From positions 67,332,001 to 67,396,000 of the forward strand of contig CM060733.1 of the NCBI GenBank assembly GCA_030704615.1: a DNA stretch of 64,000 bases, written 5' to 3'. Source of the stretch: Takakia lepidozioides. Lineage: Eukaryota > Plantae > Bryophyta. How positions within the stretch are numbered: position 1 is the stretch's first letter; each line of letters starts with the position of its first letter. Shown here piece by piece: positions 1-11,800 of this stretch. The translations under genes and the position numbers were made by a program. Below the pieces are notes generated by a model, which saw only the letters and a program-made list of their open reading frames with translations, ran no database searches and had not been told where the DNA came from.

Positions 1-1699
1 ATGAGCAACACCGCCATTGACATGTATGCCAGGGTGGTACCCTTCAGGGTATTTGCAGGATTGGATGTCTCAGTTTTTGTGTAACATGGCAGTTTCTGTA
101 GTGACCTCCCTCCATGGTTTTACCCATATTTGTCGAACAACTCAATATTTCATCTAAATTTATATGGTATAGGGTTTCTAACTACAATAGGTATGTGTAC
201 CAATTGTTAGATTGCAAAAACAATCATGTACCGGAGAGCCATGGACTTTTAAAGTTGAATACTGTGGAGTGCAGATGTTACACATAAAATCTTATGGACT
301 GAAAAAACATCATGTACACTCATACACTGGCACAAAGGAAAACACACTAGGGGTGCCATTTTTAAATCCAACCCAAATCCACTTTTATATGGACTAGTTA
401 TCTTAGGAATTGAGAGCTATGGACTATTTTGCACATAAAAATAGGTTGATTTGCTCTAGTCCATAGCATCTTATGTTTTGGGTTTTTGAGGTGTCGTCTT
501 TTACTAAAAAGACATACAAACCTATAATCTAGAGGTACCAGGTGGTATATGGACAAGTGGTTGTAAACTCTAGATTTTGACGTCTAAATGTTTTTTCAAA
601 TTAAAGATTAAAATATCTAGTAAAGAATGTTTTCAATATTTGAGGAGAGACACTTTACTAAAAATGTTATGTATGCTACTATCTATCTTTAAAAAATAAA
701 TTGAAAGCAATAGACTCAACAAAAAAATAAAAATCCATCATGTGCCACTTTTGATCCACCCAATCCTGCAACTGCCTTTCAATATTGTGGAAGGATTCCA
801 TGGGAGTTTAAGTGTCACCAATGTTTGCAATGAGAGCCCACCGGTGGGCAGCCATCAGTAGACTGTGGACACAAGGTTTTGCAGCACCAGGTGTCAAAGT
901 AACCTGCCACCCATCAGTATTGTTCAAACCAGCGAAGTGAGGCCAGTGTTGCCAACAGAGGTAATTCAGAGAAGAAGTGAGCTGTTTGCAGATGCTGGAG
1001 AGGTGAATCCCAACTAAGTGACATTACTGTGCTGCAATATGCGTGCAAGTTTGGTAGCACAGGGGAGCGGCAAGGGAGCCCACATTTTGAAACCTGTGAG
1101 GCATGAACGTGAGAGGCATGGACCTGATATAGGTACCGATAAGGGGAATACATGGCTTGTGGACCATGTAGATGGTGGGAATGGGATCGGATCTATCAGC
1201 GAAGTGGGGCAGAAAAAGGGAACATTGAAGGAGGGCAGGTCAGTGCCCTAGAACTGTGGAAATGAATGGCCTTGATGTTTGGGATGATCTGAAATCAAAT
1301 CATTTGACTCCAACTTTGGGCTGGATGAACGCTAATCTCCAATTTGATTAACGTGAGCAAACTCTCTGGAAAACTGACAGTCACAGATTCTCTACAGCAG
1401 GCAGCTTCTACAACCAGAAGCACGGATCACTTGTCAAAGAGTACAAGATGTATGGTGATCAACATGAAACAAACATGGAAGGGCATGTGTTGAACAAATG
1501 TCAACAAATGAGAGTGATAAGTGATGCTATGAGGAAACAACTCCAAAGGATTTGGAGCAGAAACTGATGGAAGGTCAGACTTTATCTCTTGGGTGTACCT
1601 TATGATCCTGGAAGAGAAGCTGAATGCAGCTACAAGCTTAAGGATGGAGCAGGAAAGGAGTGGGTCAGAAGCAGAAGAGACCCAAAGCTGTTTGTACCA

Positions 1700-2946
1700 A
1701 GTAAGAGTGGGCAGCCAGTGGACATGGTCAGTGAGGACCCTGACACTTAAAAATGGAGACACACTACATATGTAGTGTGAATGTGACTTGGAGGTATTAT
1801 TATGAGGATGCACTGTCCACATAGCGCTGTTTGTATGTATCCAGGTTGGTGGATGAGATTCATTGAACTCCCTGCAAGCTTTGTCCCAACAATTTATGTA
1901 TCTCTCCACATCCTCCGATGCACCACCTTTGATAGGTCTCCAATACTCCACAAAGACGTGGCGATACTTAGCATTGGACTGGTCACAAACAACCTCTGAA
2001 ATTGCCACACCGATCCAAACTAGATACGCCTCAGTGTCTGTTGGCTGACTAAGTACGAAATTTCCAGACTCAATGTCCTTGAATGGGTTCATTGGCTCAT
2101 TAGGCCTCTAGCTGGTTGGCATCTTCTTCCTCTTCCTCGACTCCACCTTGATTTTCCATCGACCTAATCCCATCTCTTTCATGGTTATTATTCCATCTAG
2201 TGGAAGGCCAAACCCCTTTCTCAATCTTGATTCTTTGAATAGAATACAAAGGAAACTGCACTTGAAATTGATTACGCATCAGCAATAAGTTAGAAGCAAA
2301 TAATTTTCCCGTGCCAGACAAAAAAGATAAAAGATTTATAACACGAGTTATGAATCCAAACACAAGTTTAGAGGACGGGAGATCTCCCGTGGTATCTGGT
2401 GCCAACAAATTGAAGCATCAGCGACTTGATAGATACAGGTCAGAATTCTAAAACTCAAACAACAATGTACCTCGTTGGATTGCCTGTTGACCCCCTTCCA
2501 ATTCATATCGACAGATAGGATCTTTAGAACATCTTGTCGTCCCCCTCCAATACCTTTTATCTTCTGAGGCATAATATAAGGTTGTTGTTCTTTGAGATGA
2601 GAGACAAAATCTTTGCCTTAGCCTGTACAGTTTGGAGTCTTGGCTTTTTCATTCCCCAATTTCCATGCATTGACGAGATATATGCGTCTTTGCTCTTTCG
2701 CTTGTATCCCAAATATGTGGACCTTCCAATTCCAAGAATGGTCCATCATGCATTCTCACAAATCTCAACACCTTCGATGGTGATATATGTAGGGCTGACG
2801 ACCACAACCACAAAGTCGGTGTAATCTTCTCGGGATGCCATATCCCTACTCTTTCGTTGAACCAAACGAGAATGCCCAAAACTGCATCCAAATAGCTTTT
2901 GTCTTGTCCTAGCTGAAGTGTTGACAATATCCACAACAATCCACAT
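1700..2946 (-). pseudogene. Degenerate DNA-transposon-like (transposase-like) coding remnant
   Basis: Broken minus-strand frames read ...TIEGVEICENA*WTILGIGRSTY..., ...MPQKIKGIGGGRQDVLKILSVDMNWK... and ...YLVWIGVAISEVVCD...FVEYWRP..., with stops and frameshifts and no clear splice structure. Family assignment is from memory of non-seed-plant transposase-like proteins and is unverified. Confidence 0.35.
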
Positions 2947-3679
2947 AGCTTACTAAATGAATCGACTCCAACGCTTGATTGTCCTTCATTTATTTCTTTC
3001 CTCCTTTCTCTACTTCATTTCAAATTCTTTTCAAGCATCTGCATTGCCTTTTCTTAACTCCTTCCAAATGTCCATCTGACTTGTGATTTAGCTCATAAAT
3101 ACAAAGTGAGCAGATCTGAAATTCGACGACCGTCATGAAGTGTCGTATGAGTCAAGCGCCATTTTTTGATTGACATTAACATGCCATCAACAAATCTAGA
3201 AGTTACTAGAACACCAACATGATCCTCTATGAGAATATCGCATAAAGTACCTTCCTCAGGGTTAGTCCCGCCCTCAGCAATGACGTCCATGTCATCATTC
3301 AGAAGCTTGTACATCCAATGATGTCATCTATCTCTTCCGAAAACTTTGGTGTGCCTCTTCCTTCATCTCCACATGCAGCTTCATTTGCATTCTCCACATC
3401 CCTCCATTTATCCTAACCTCCTCCGCTTGCGGTCACTCCAATTTACGAATATGATTACTATTATAATAAATCCGGGTAGTTTGACAAACTGCATTCCATG
3501 TAGAACGGTCTTGAGAACAACACTAATCAAAGTGCTCAAAAGGCATAGATACCATGACAAAAGCCCTTTCTAAAAATATTTAGACATTGTGCCTCGACAA
3601 CAATTTCCGGACCTCCCAAGTCAAGGATCTTCAGTAGACTCACCAATTCTCCGACAAATAACTCTGCAATGATACCATT

Positions 3680-4862
3680 TTGAGCACGGGAGGTCTCCCT
3701 TGGACACCCAAAATGAGTTGGTGCAACACACTTCTGATATCTAAACTCCGAGCACGAGAGGTCTCCCTTGCCACCCAGAATGAGTTTGTGCGGAACACTC
3801 CAAGTATCTCGGGGAGGTCTCCCTTGCACACCCAAAATGAGTTGGTGCAACACACTTCTGATATCTAGACTCCGAGCACGAGAGGTCTCCCTTGCCACCC
3901 AGAATGAGTTTGTGCGGAACACTCCAAGTATCTCGACTACGAGCACGGGGAGGTCTCCCTTGCACACCCAAAATGAGTTTGTGCTAGGTATCTCGACTTC
4001 AAGTACATGTGGTCCTCTTGCATCCCCAGAATGAGTTGGTACAAAACTCCAGGTATCTCGACTCAAAACACAGCAGGTCTCCCTTGAAACACCCAAAATG
4101 AGTTGGAACAAAACAATCTCGGTATCTACTAGACTCTGAGCACGGGAGGTCTCCCGTGCACCCCCAAAATGAGTTGGTACAAAATACTTCAGGTATCTCA
4201 ACTCAGAGCATGGGAGGTCTCCCTTGAAACACCCAGAATGAGTTGCTTGCGAAACACTCCCGGTATCTAGAATCCGAGCACGGGAGGTCTCCCTTGCACA
4301 CCCAGAATGACTTGGTGCAGGCGAAACACTCTCGGTATATATATCGACTCCAAGCACGGTAGGTCTCCCTTGAAACACCCAAAATGAGTTGGAACAAAAC
4401 ACTATCGGTATCTACTAGACTCCGAGCACGGGAGGTAGATCTTGTGCACCCTAGAAGGAGTTGGTACAAAACACTTTAGGTATCTCGACTCAGAGCACGG
4501 GAGGTCTCCCTTGAAACACCCAGAATGAGTTGCTTGTGAAACACTCCCGGTGTCTAGAATCTGAGCACGGGAGGTCTCCCTTGCAGACCCAGAATGACTT
4601 GGTGCAGGCGAAACACTCTCGGTATATATATCGACTCCAAGCACGGGGAGGTCTCCCTTGCACTCCCAGAATGATTTGGTGCAGAACACTCCATATATGT
4701 GTACTGCAGCTGGCTGAAAGTTACCGCGATGCGAACGTGACCAAGGCAGATCTCCCTTACTCCATCTCAGAATTTGAAAAGCCATCAGTAGCATGGGAGG
4801 TCTCATTTGCTTTGCCAGAAGGGCAGGACTCCCATCAAACAGTCACGGGAGGTCTCCCTTGA
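3680..4862. repeat. Tandem array (about 55-65 bp degenerate units) with core GGGAGGTCTCCCTTG
   Basis: The recurring unit GAGCACGGGAGGTCTCCCTTGcacacccaaaatgagtt(g/t)gt... is directly visible. The overlapping repetitive ORFs here are artefacts of the array. Confidence 0.9.
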
Positions 4863-5246
4863 CACTCATCGCTTGTACCAAAAAACAATTCTTCTCAAGT
4901 TACAAGATAATTCACACTTTCTCTCAGCCACAGTAAGCAACCAGAACTGAGGAAACAAAATCTACCTAGCTATGATCACTTAGCTCATGCAAATGCTTGC
5001 GAAGCTGTTCAAAACTTTGAACTCTTTTATCCTCACTAATCTTTGAGTCCACAAAGCTCCCCATCCTCACTCACTTCAGCTCTAGGTCCACAAATTGGCA
5101 GGGCTTCGCCAACACGAGAGGGGATTGAGTGAGGATGAGAGGGGTCTATATAGTGTGTGGCTGTCATGGTGTGGACATGGGCATGGTATGACCCATCATA
5201 CATGTGCCCTCTAAACGCAGTACAAATCTAATCATGAAAAATACAG

Positions 5247-5602
5247 TCTCGCAGTAATGATAATATCAAGTGGGAACGGCAAGTAACCTTTCCCCACTCA
5301 ATAATAATTAGTGGTAGGCAGGTTACATACTTGAAGGATTTGCACTAGTGCATGGTGGCCACGTGGAAGAGGTGCCTCACTTCTATGCATATCGTACTCT
5401 GATCTAGAGCGTCACGATTGTCTCGTAGTAATGATAATATTAAGTGGGAACGGCAAGTAACCTTTCCCCACTCAATAATAATTAGTGGTAGCTGGCAGGT
5501 TACATACCTGAAGGATTCGCACTAGTGCATGGCGGCCACGTGGAAGAGGCGCCTCACTTCTATGCGTATCGTACTCTAATCTAGAGCGTCACGATTGTCT
5601 CG
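5247..5602. repeat. Tandem duplication of a ~175-bp unit
   Basis: tctcg(c/t)agtaatgataatat...tctagagcgtcacgattg occurs at 5247-5420 and again at 5421-5597. Confidence 0.9.
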
Positions 5603-6244
5603 ATCTGGGCAAAAGGATCTCGAGCATTAGATGCGACATGGCCATATCTCAATCCCTTGCCAATTACATCTGACATGTTCCCTTGGTTTGTACGCAATCA
5701 TCAGGCCATAGGTGGCGCTCTGCATGGCTGGCGCAACGTGGCATGCATTTTTATATTTTCAAAGACAAAGATGACGGGTCCATTTCCCCATGGCCAGATT
5801 CGCTCCGGTTCATCGTGGCCATTGAATTTAAAAGTGCATGCCATGGTATACCCATACATGGGGCATCGCATGTGTCTGCCCTTCACAGGTATAAAATGGG
5901 AGGCCATCCTCTTTGCAACTCTTCTCTTTTGACTTGGGACGGCGAAGCTCTGCCAAAATTGAGAACTCTCCTCCATTGAGATTCATGCACCTCAGTTTAT
6001 CTCCCTCATTTGCTGAGAGCCCAGAGAGCATTCATAAGGGCAGCCAACGGTGTTGAGTGTGCTGAGAGCCCAAGAGTATGCTAGATCATGTTGCTAAGAG
6101 GCCTGAGAGTGCAGGACGACAGGATGAATCGCTGAGTAGTGGAGAAGGAGTGCAAGGCTACAACATCAGCATATCTGAACCAATTTGAAGGTATGTCAGT
6201 TTGTTTCATTCAGTAATTTGTTTTGCCAATAGTTTCAATGATTC

Positions 6245-7050
6245 TGGGGAGCAAGGGAAATCTCCCTTGATCCAACGGAGCAGTGGTGGTTTGCATGGGT
6301 CCAAAATCACAAATTAGGAAGTCCCCCTTGATCCAAAAGAGCAAGGGAGGCCTCCCTTGGTCCATATGAAGAAGTGATGTCTCTCTCAATCCGATAGAGC
6401 AAGTTAGGCTTCCCTTGATGCATTGGATCAGCAAAGTCTCCCTTGATCCAAAAAAACAGGGGTGGTCTCCCTTGATCCAAAAGAGCGAGAGAGGCCTCCC
6501 TTGATCCTTAAGAGCAAGGGAGGTCTCCCTTGATCCAAATTAGGTGTAGGGGAGGCCTCCCTTGTTCCATAACAACAAGGGAGGTCTCCCTTGATCAAAA
6601 GGTGCAAGGGCCCAAGTCTCCTTTGATCCAAAGGAGCAAGGGAGGTCTCCCTTGATCCATAACAGTAAGTGAGGTCTCCCTTGATCAAAAAGCGCAGGAA
6701 GGGTCTTCCTTGATCCAGAAGTGCAAGGGAGGCGTCCCTTGATCGGAAGGAGCAAGGGAGGTCTCCCTTGATTTGAAGTATCAGGGAATATTGCATGTCT
6801 CCCTTGATTCGAAGGAGCAAGGGAGGTCTCCCTTGATCTGAAGTATCAGGGGATGCATGTCTCCCTTGATTCGAAGGAGCAAAGGAGGTCTCCTTTGATC
6901 TGAAGTATCAGGGGATGCATGTCTCCCTTGATTCGAAGGAGCAAGGGAGGTCTTCCGTGATCCAAAGTATTGGGGGATGTTTCCCTTGATTGGAAGGAGC
7001 AAGGGAGGTCTCCTGTGATCCGAAGTATTGGGGGATGTCTCCCTTGATAA
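6245..7050. repeat. Tandem array (~31-bp units) with palindromic core CAAGGGAG-GT-CTCCCTTG followed by ATC
   Basis: Repeated gagcaagggaggtctcccttgatc. The core is the same as in the 3680-4862 array but the spacing is shorter. Confidence 0.9.
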
Positions 7051-7506
7051 GGAAGGTTTTGGTACGGATAGAATTCTGATCCATGTTGTCTGGATAGTAA
7101 GAAACACTACAACAGATCCCGACTTTAACGTCTGCCACATTTGCCCAGTCGTAGCATATATGTCTACAAAATGCAAAGGGGTAGTCCTGGTTGCCATTTG
7201 TGACCACCAGAAGTCGTATATGCCACCTTGTACCTCCGCCACGTCAGGATCTGCGGTCAAACACATTTGACCAGATAGGGAAAGATGGTAGATACGACTA
7301 TGAGTCATGGCCAAAACTGCAACATGATGACGTGGGCATGGGAATGTATGACGACCAGTATTCACGACTGCACGTGGCGATTGCCAGTTGCCCAAGGAGT
7401 GTCTACGTGGACGATGCAAACATAAATGGATGAAACAGATGCAGGATGTGATTGCAAATGACGACCTGTCAACATATTATTGCTCGCGGGCACTAAGCCA
7501 CACCCT

Positions 7507-7608
7507 ATGAATGAAGGAATGAATGGATGAATGAATGATTAGGATGAATTAGGATGAGTGAACTAGGATGAATTAGGATGAATGAACTAGGATGAATTAG
7601 GATGAATG
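7507..7608. repeat. (GAAT)n / (GGATGAATTA)n micro/minisatellite
   Basis: atgaatgaaggaatgaatggatgaatgaatgattaggatgaattaggatg... is visible directly. Confidence 0.8.
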
Positions 7609-7964
7609 TGCTCGATTTTAGGGTTGCTAGGTCGCAATATTAAGTATGAGGATAATAAGTAGTAAAAATATTTAACTACTGTTTCACTGACCCAGCAGAT
7701 TAACAGTAAACTAATCGACTGCTGATTAAGGTTAGTGAAACAAAACGACTGTATTATCTCAACGAATGATACACAAACGCCTTGCTGGCAACTATTGGAT
7801 GAAGGTATCATACCTTGGACACGATCGACAACGTGCAAGGAGCAACAGTGCGCACGTTCGTGGCTGCTGGCAAGTGGCAGGCGGCAGAGATAAGGTTTGA
7901 ATTCATTCCCTAAAAATGGAGGGCTCAGATGGGATTTAGGAGCGGACGGTCTAGATCCGGCGTC

Positions 7965-8170
7965 GTCAGCGGACTAGAAATTGGGGGACTGGCCAGCAAC
8001 GGACTGACAGACTGGAAGGAAGCGGACTCATGGGCAGACTGGCAGAGTAGACGTGAGGGGACTGGCATAGCGGACTGGCCAGTAGCGTACTGGCCGGCAG
8101 ACTGGCGGACTGGCAGACTGGAGGGAAGCGGACTCATGGGCGGCAGACTGGCAGAGTGGACTGGCCGCGG
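7965..8170. repeat. G-rich short-unit repeat (GGACTGGC/AGACTGGC)
   Basis: Many copies of (g/a)gactggc within a GC-rich block upstream of the TTC38-like gene. Confidence 0.7.
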
Positions 8171-8818
8171 CGAACTGGGGGCGCGGCGGAGCGCGGGCGG
8201 AGCTGCCGTGGCTACTGCAGGGGGAGCGGGGGGGGGGGGGGGAAGCCGGGCGTCTGTGTGCGGGGCCCACCAATCAGCTCGCGCGTGCGCCATAAGGACG
8301 CTAATATTGTAAAATGAGAGGCTTTCCATACCTTGTCTAAAAAGGATATGGCTCAATCTGGTTTAGCCATATTCTTTTGAGACAGGGTATGGGAGAGTGA
8401 ATAGGAGAGCCCGCGGGAAGGGGCTGTGGGAGGGCGACGTGGCGGATGGGGAGGCGAGGACGTGGCAAGGCGTGGGCGGGGAAGGCTTGGGGCAGGCGGG
8501 TCCCACAGCCAGGCTTGTGCCCGGGTGGCGCTGGGGAGCAGGGAGTCAACGGGAGGAGGGCGAGGGCTGTGCGCCAACGTGGCGTGGAGTACGTGGCAGG
8601 GCGGGCAGTTTTTGCCCGGGCATCCCAGGCACTATCCCTCTAGTGTCTGGGACATAGTGCCGATCGCCTAGCCTGACCGTCGTGCTCCTATGAATGATTT
8701 TGTGTAATATGTTTTCTAGAGCTTGGTAGAAGGAACGCCTTCCATGATAGGGCCACATACCTTACTGCACATTAGTTCGTGTGTTGGTTCGTCTGGTTGA
8801 CAAGGAAACAGACAGCTA

Positions 8819-11800
8819 ATGGACTCTGGGGAGATTGTTGGCGAAGCGAGGGCGGGAGAGATGTTCGGAACCGAATGGTCCGGATCGGCGATCGGTTTGG
8901 TACAACTTGGATCTGGTGAGCGCGAATACAAGAGGGATTACTGGGGATACCCTGTCCGGACGGATTCAGACACCTGCATCTCTTTTATTAATTCCTTCTA
9001 TCATCAGGTCCCTCTTCCTGTCTCCTCCTCATCTTTTGACTCGTTATAAGTTTAGAGAACTCGAACATAACATACGTCAAGAGTTGTTGATAGTTTTGAG
9101 TCAAGAGAGAAGGCTATCCGTTGTCATTCACCAGACTTCAAGTGTAAAGTGAATGTCAACGTTGAACCGACATTGCTGGACTTTCATATGTGACGTTATT
9201 TTCGAACATTGGTTCCACATGGCCAGCCGTTATATCCACTGCTTCTTTCATAGGTTTTCCTGCAATAGTTCTATGCGACGTTATTTTCGAACATTGGTTC
9301 CACATGGCCAGCCGTTATGTCCACTGCCTTCTTTCATAGGTTTTCCCGCAATAGTTCTATACAGCGTTTACAGTGCATAATCAAAAGGAAAATCGGTACA
9401 TGTATTCCTCATCAGTACTGAAAGTGCTGTGATTCAACTTCATCTTTCGATATGTTGAAATGGATAACGTGGGGAAGACTATGGCGACATGTCGTTCTTT
9501 GTCATGTTACCTCTCGGTGTTAGTTGACCCTATAGACCATTAGTTTAGTGGTTGGGGTTTGGGGCATCATGGGCGCCTTTTTTGTTGTTTGAGGGAGATA
9601 GACAGGTTGTAGCTGCACGAACCTCACATTACGCAGGCATCCACCGACCCTGCATTCCTAGTGACCTTGTTTTATGTCCAATTGTCAGGGTTGAATACAG
9701 GCCTTCCAGCAACCCAAGCGAGTTTTAAGCAGAGCAATAAAAGCTCAGTTTATTTAACAACTGCGCGTCTAGGTTTTAGAACTATGAAAGGGGTTGTTTG
9801 TACCAGGGTTTGATAGCACACAAGGCTTAAAAGGTATGGGATGCTGTAGGTGCTGATGTATGGTGCTGATCGGCGCATCATACTCAAGGCAGCTGACTCA
9901 GACAGGAGCTGTGTGTTGGCATGTGCGCTGGCAGCCATGTACTCTCTGTCTCAACGGGATGCCAGAGGGCAGGTGACTGATGCTGCAGTGTACCTTTCGG
10001 CTGCCAAACACAACCTGGTATGCATAAGCCTGGTCTCAGCTGCACTGTCTCTCAGATGTTAACACTGTGATGTTCTCAACCTGTCAAATTTTAATTTACC
10101 TATGCAGGACAGGGCGACGATGTACGAGAGGTTGGTGCTAGCAGTTGTGGCAGCCTGGGCAGAAGGCCAGGTTGAAGATGTGCTGGCATTGCATTTCCAG
10201 GTGCATTTTTGGTTACTAAAATTTGGAAGAACAAGTGCTAGGGGTAGCTCCTGCCATTGCTGTTCTGGGTTGCTGTAGGGAACCTGGTTTGTTCCCAATA
10301 GAAATGGGAATTTTCACATTGTCCATCTATGGCAGTTTATATTCACATTCACCAGGAGAGTTGACCCCTATCACTTTAAACTGTGTGCAGCTGGTGGCTC
10401 AATTTCCAAAGGATCTTGTGTCATTGAAACGAGCACAAACGCTGTGCTTTTATATGGGCCGTCAAGAGGATATGTTGATGCTTGCTCTGCAGGTGAATGT
10501 TGCTGAGTGCCTTTGCCGCCTATTCTCAGTTTGAATTATCCCTTTATTCTAACTGTTTGAATCACAACTCATTTATACTTCCTAAATTGTGTAGACACAG
10601 GAACAAATCGTAAGACGTAAGGACTGGTGAGGCTGGCTTTACCATCAATGGTTTTATCACTAGTTCCATGCCATGACAACATATAGGTTTGCAGCTTTGA
10701 GGAGAGACAGATAACCAACCTTTGCTGCGGGTTTATTCACCATGGCTTAGCAAGTAAATGCCTGCAAGCTTTAGGCACGACTCCTGAAATAATTGTGGGT
10801 AGTAGAATCCTTGACTTCAAATTGCCTGCACTTTAGGTTATTGTAACTGTCCAACCAAGGGCACATGCATAACAATGGTCTATTGATGTTAGGCCAGGCA
10901 CTGCCAGCGAACCAGGAGAGTCCATTCATGCATGGGATGCTGGCTTTTGCTTTGGTGGAAGTGGGAGGCAGAATGAGGGAGGCAGAGTTGGCAGCTCGAA
11001 AATCGCTCGCTATCGAATCCCATGACCCATGGGCTCATCATGCGGTGCGCGCCATGCCATGACTGACAATGTACTATGTGCGTTCCGTCCCTCTGCCTCA
11101 ATTTATAGGTCTCTAACATAGTGTGCATGCACATAAAGAAGTCATTGATCCTTTCTTGGCCTGGATGCAGCTTTGCCATGTACTTCAACATGAATGCCGT
11201 TTCAAGGAAGCACTGGCATTCATGGCTCACCACTGCCACTCTTGGAGCTCCTGCTGCTACTTTTTGTACTTAACAGATTCTGCCCTACTTTAATTTGGTT
11301 GTTTCTCTTTTCATGTTTGACTTGCATGTGGTAAAAAGAAGCCTCTACGGCAATTTAAAGTCTGCTTATATTCCCATCACTTGAGGTATAAGTTTGTCAC
11401 GCTCAGACTTTGTGATTGACAGCACAATTTTAATATTGCACCCTCTATGTTGCGCTAGGTTAGGTTTTTAACTTGGACTCATACAACAGCTGTTTACATG
11501 TTAATGTGTGTATGGAGTTGTTAATCTGTACTTGTATGGATGATTTTACCCTGTCACTTTTGCGGATGTCCAGCATCCAAGTGGTGACCAACTGGTACCT
11601 CAAGGAAATGTGAAGGGTGCAGGAGGCCCCTTCAGCTACCCTTCCAGTAACCTCTTTGAACAGTTTTGCTCAAATGTTTGCTTTCTCAGGACAAGCTAAA
11701 GTGAAATTTCATGTCCTACTTTGTTAGTACCTAAGTGAATCCTTTGCTGGCTTAGTGCTAGCTGACATCATGGCTGAGTTTCCCAATGCTTCTAGAAAGT

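Noticed and set aside
3536-4862. Repetitive ORFs up to 288 aa (RETSRA/KGDLP), and a CRISPR-like look
   Set aside because: These are translations of a tandem array in several frames, and the spacers are homologous to one another.
7839-8688. Possible TIR element GGAGCA...TGCTCC around the GC-rich block upstream of TTC38
   Set aside because: Only a 6-bp match, and no TSD.
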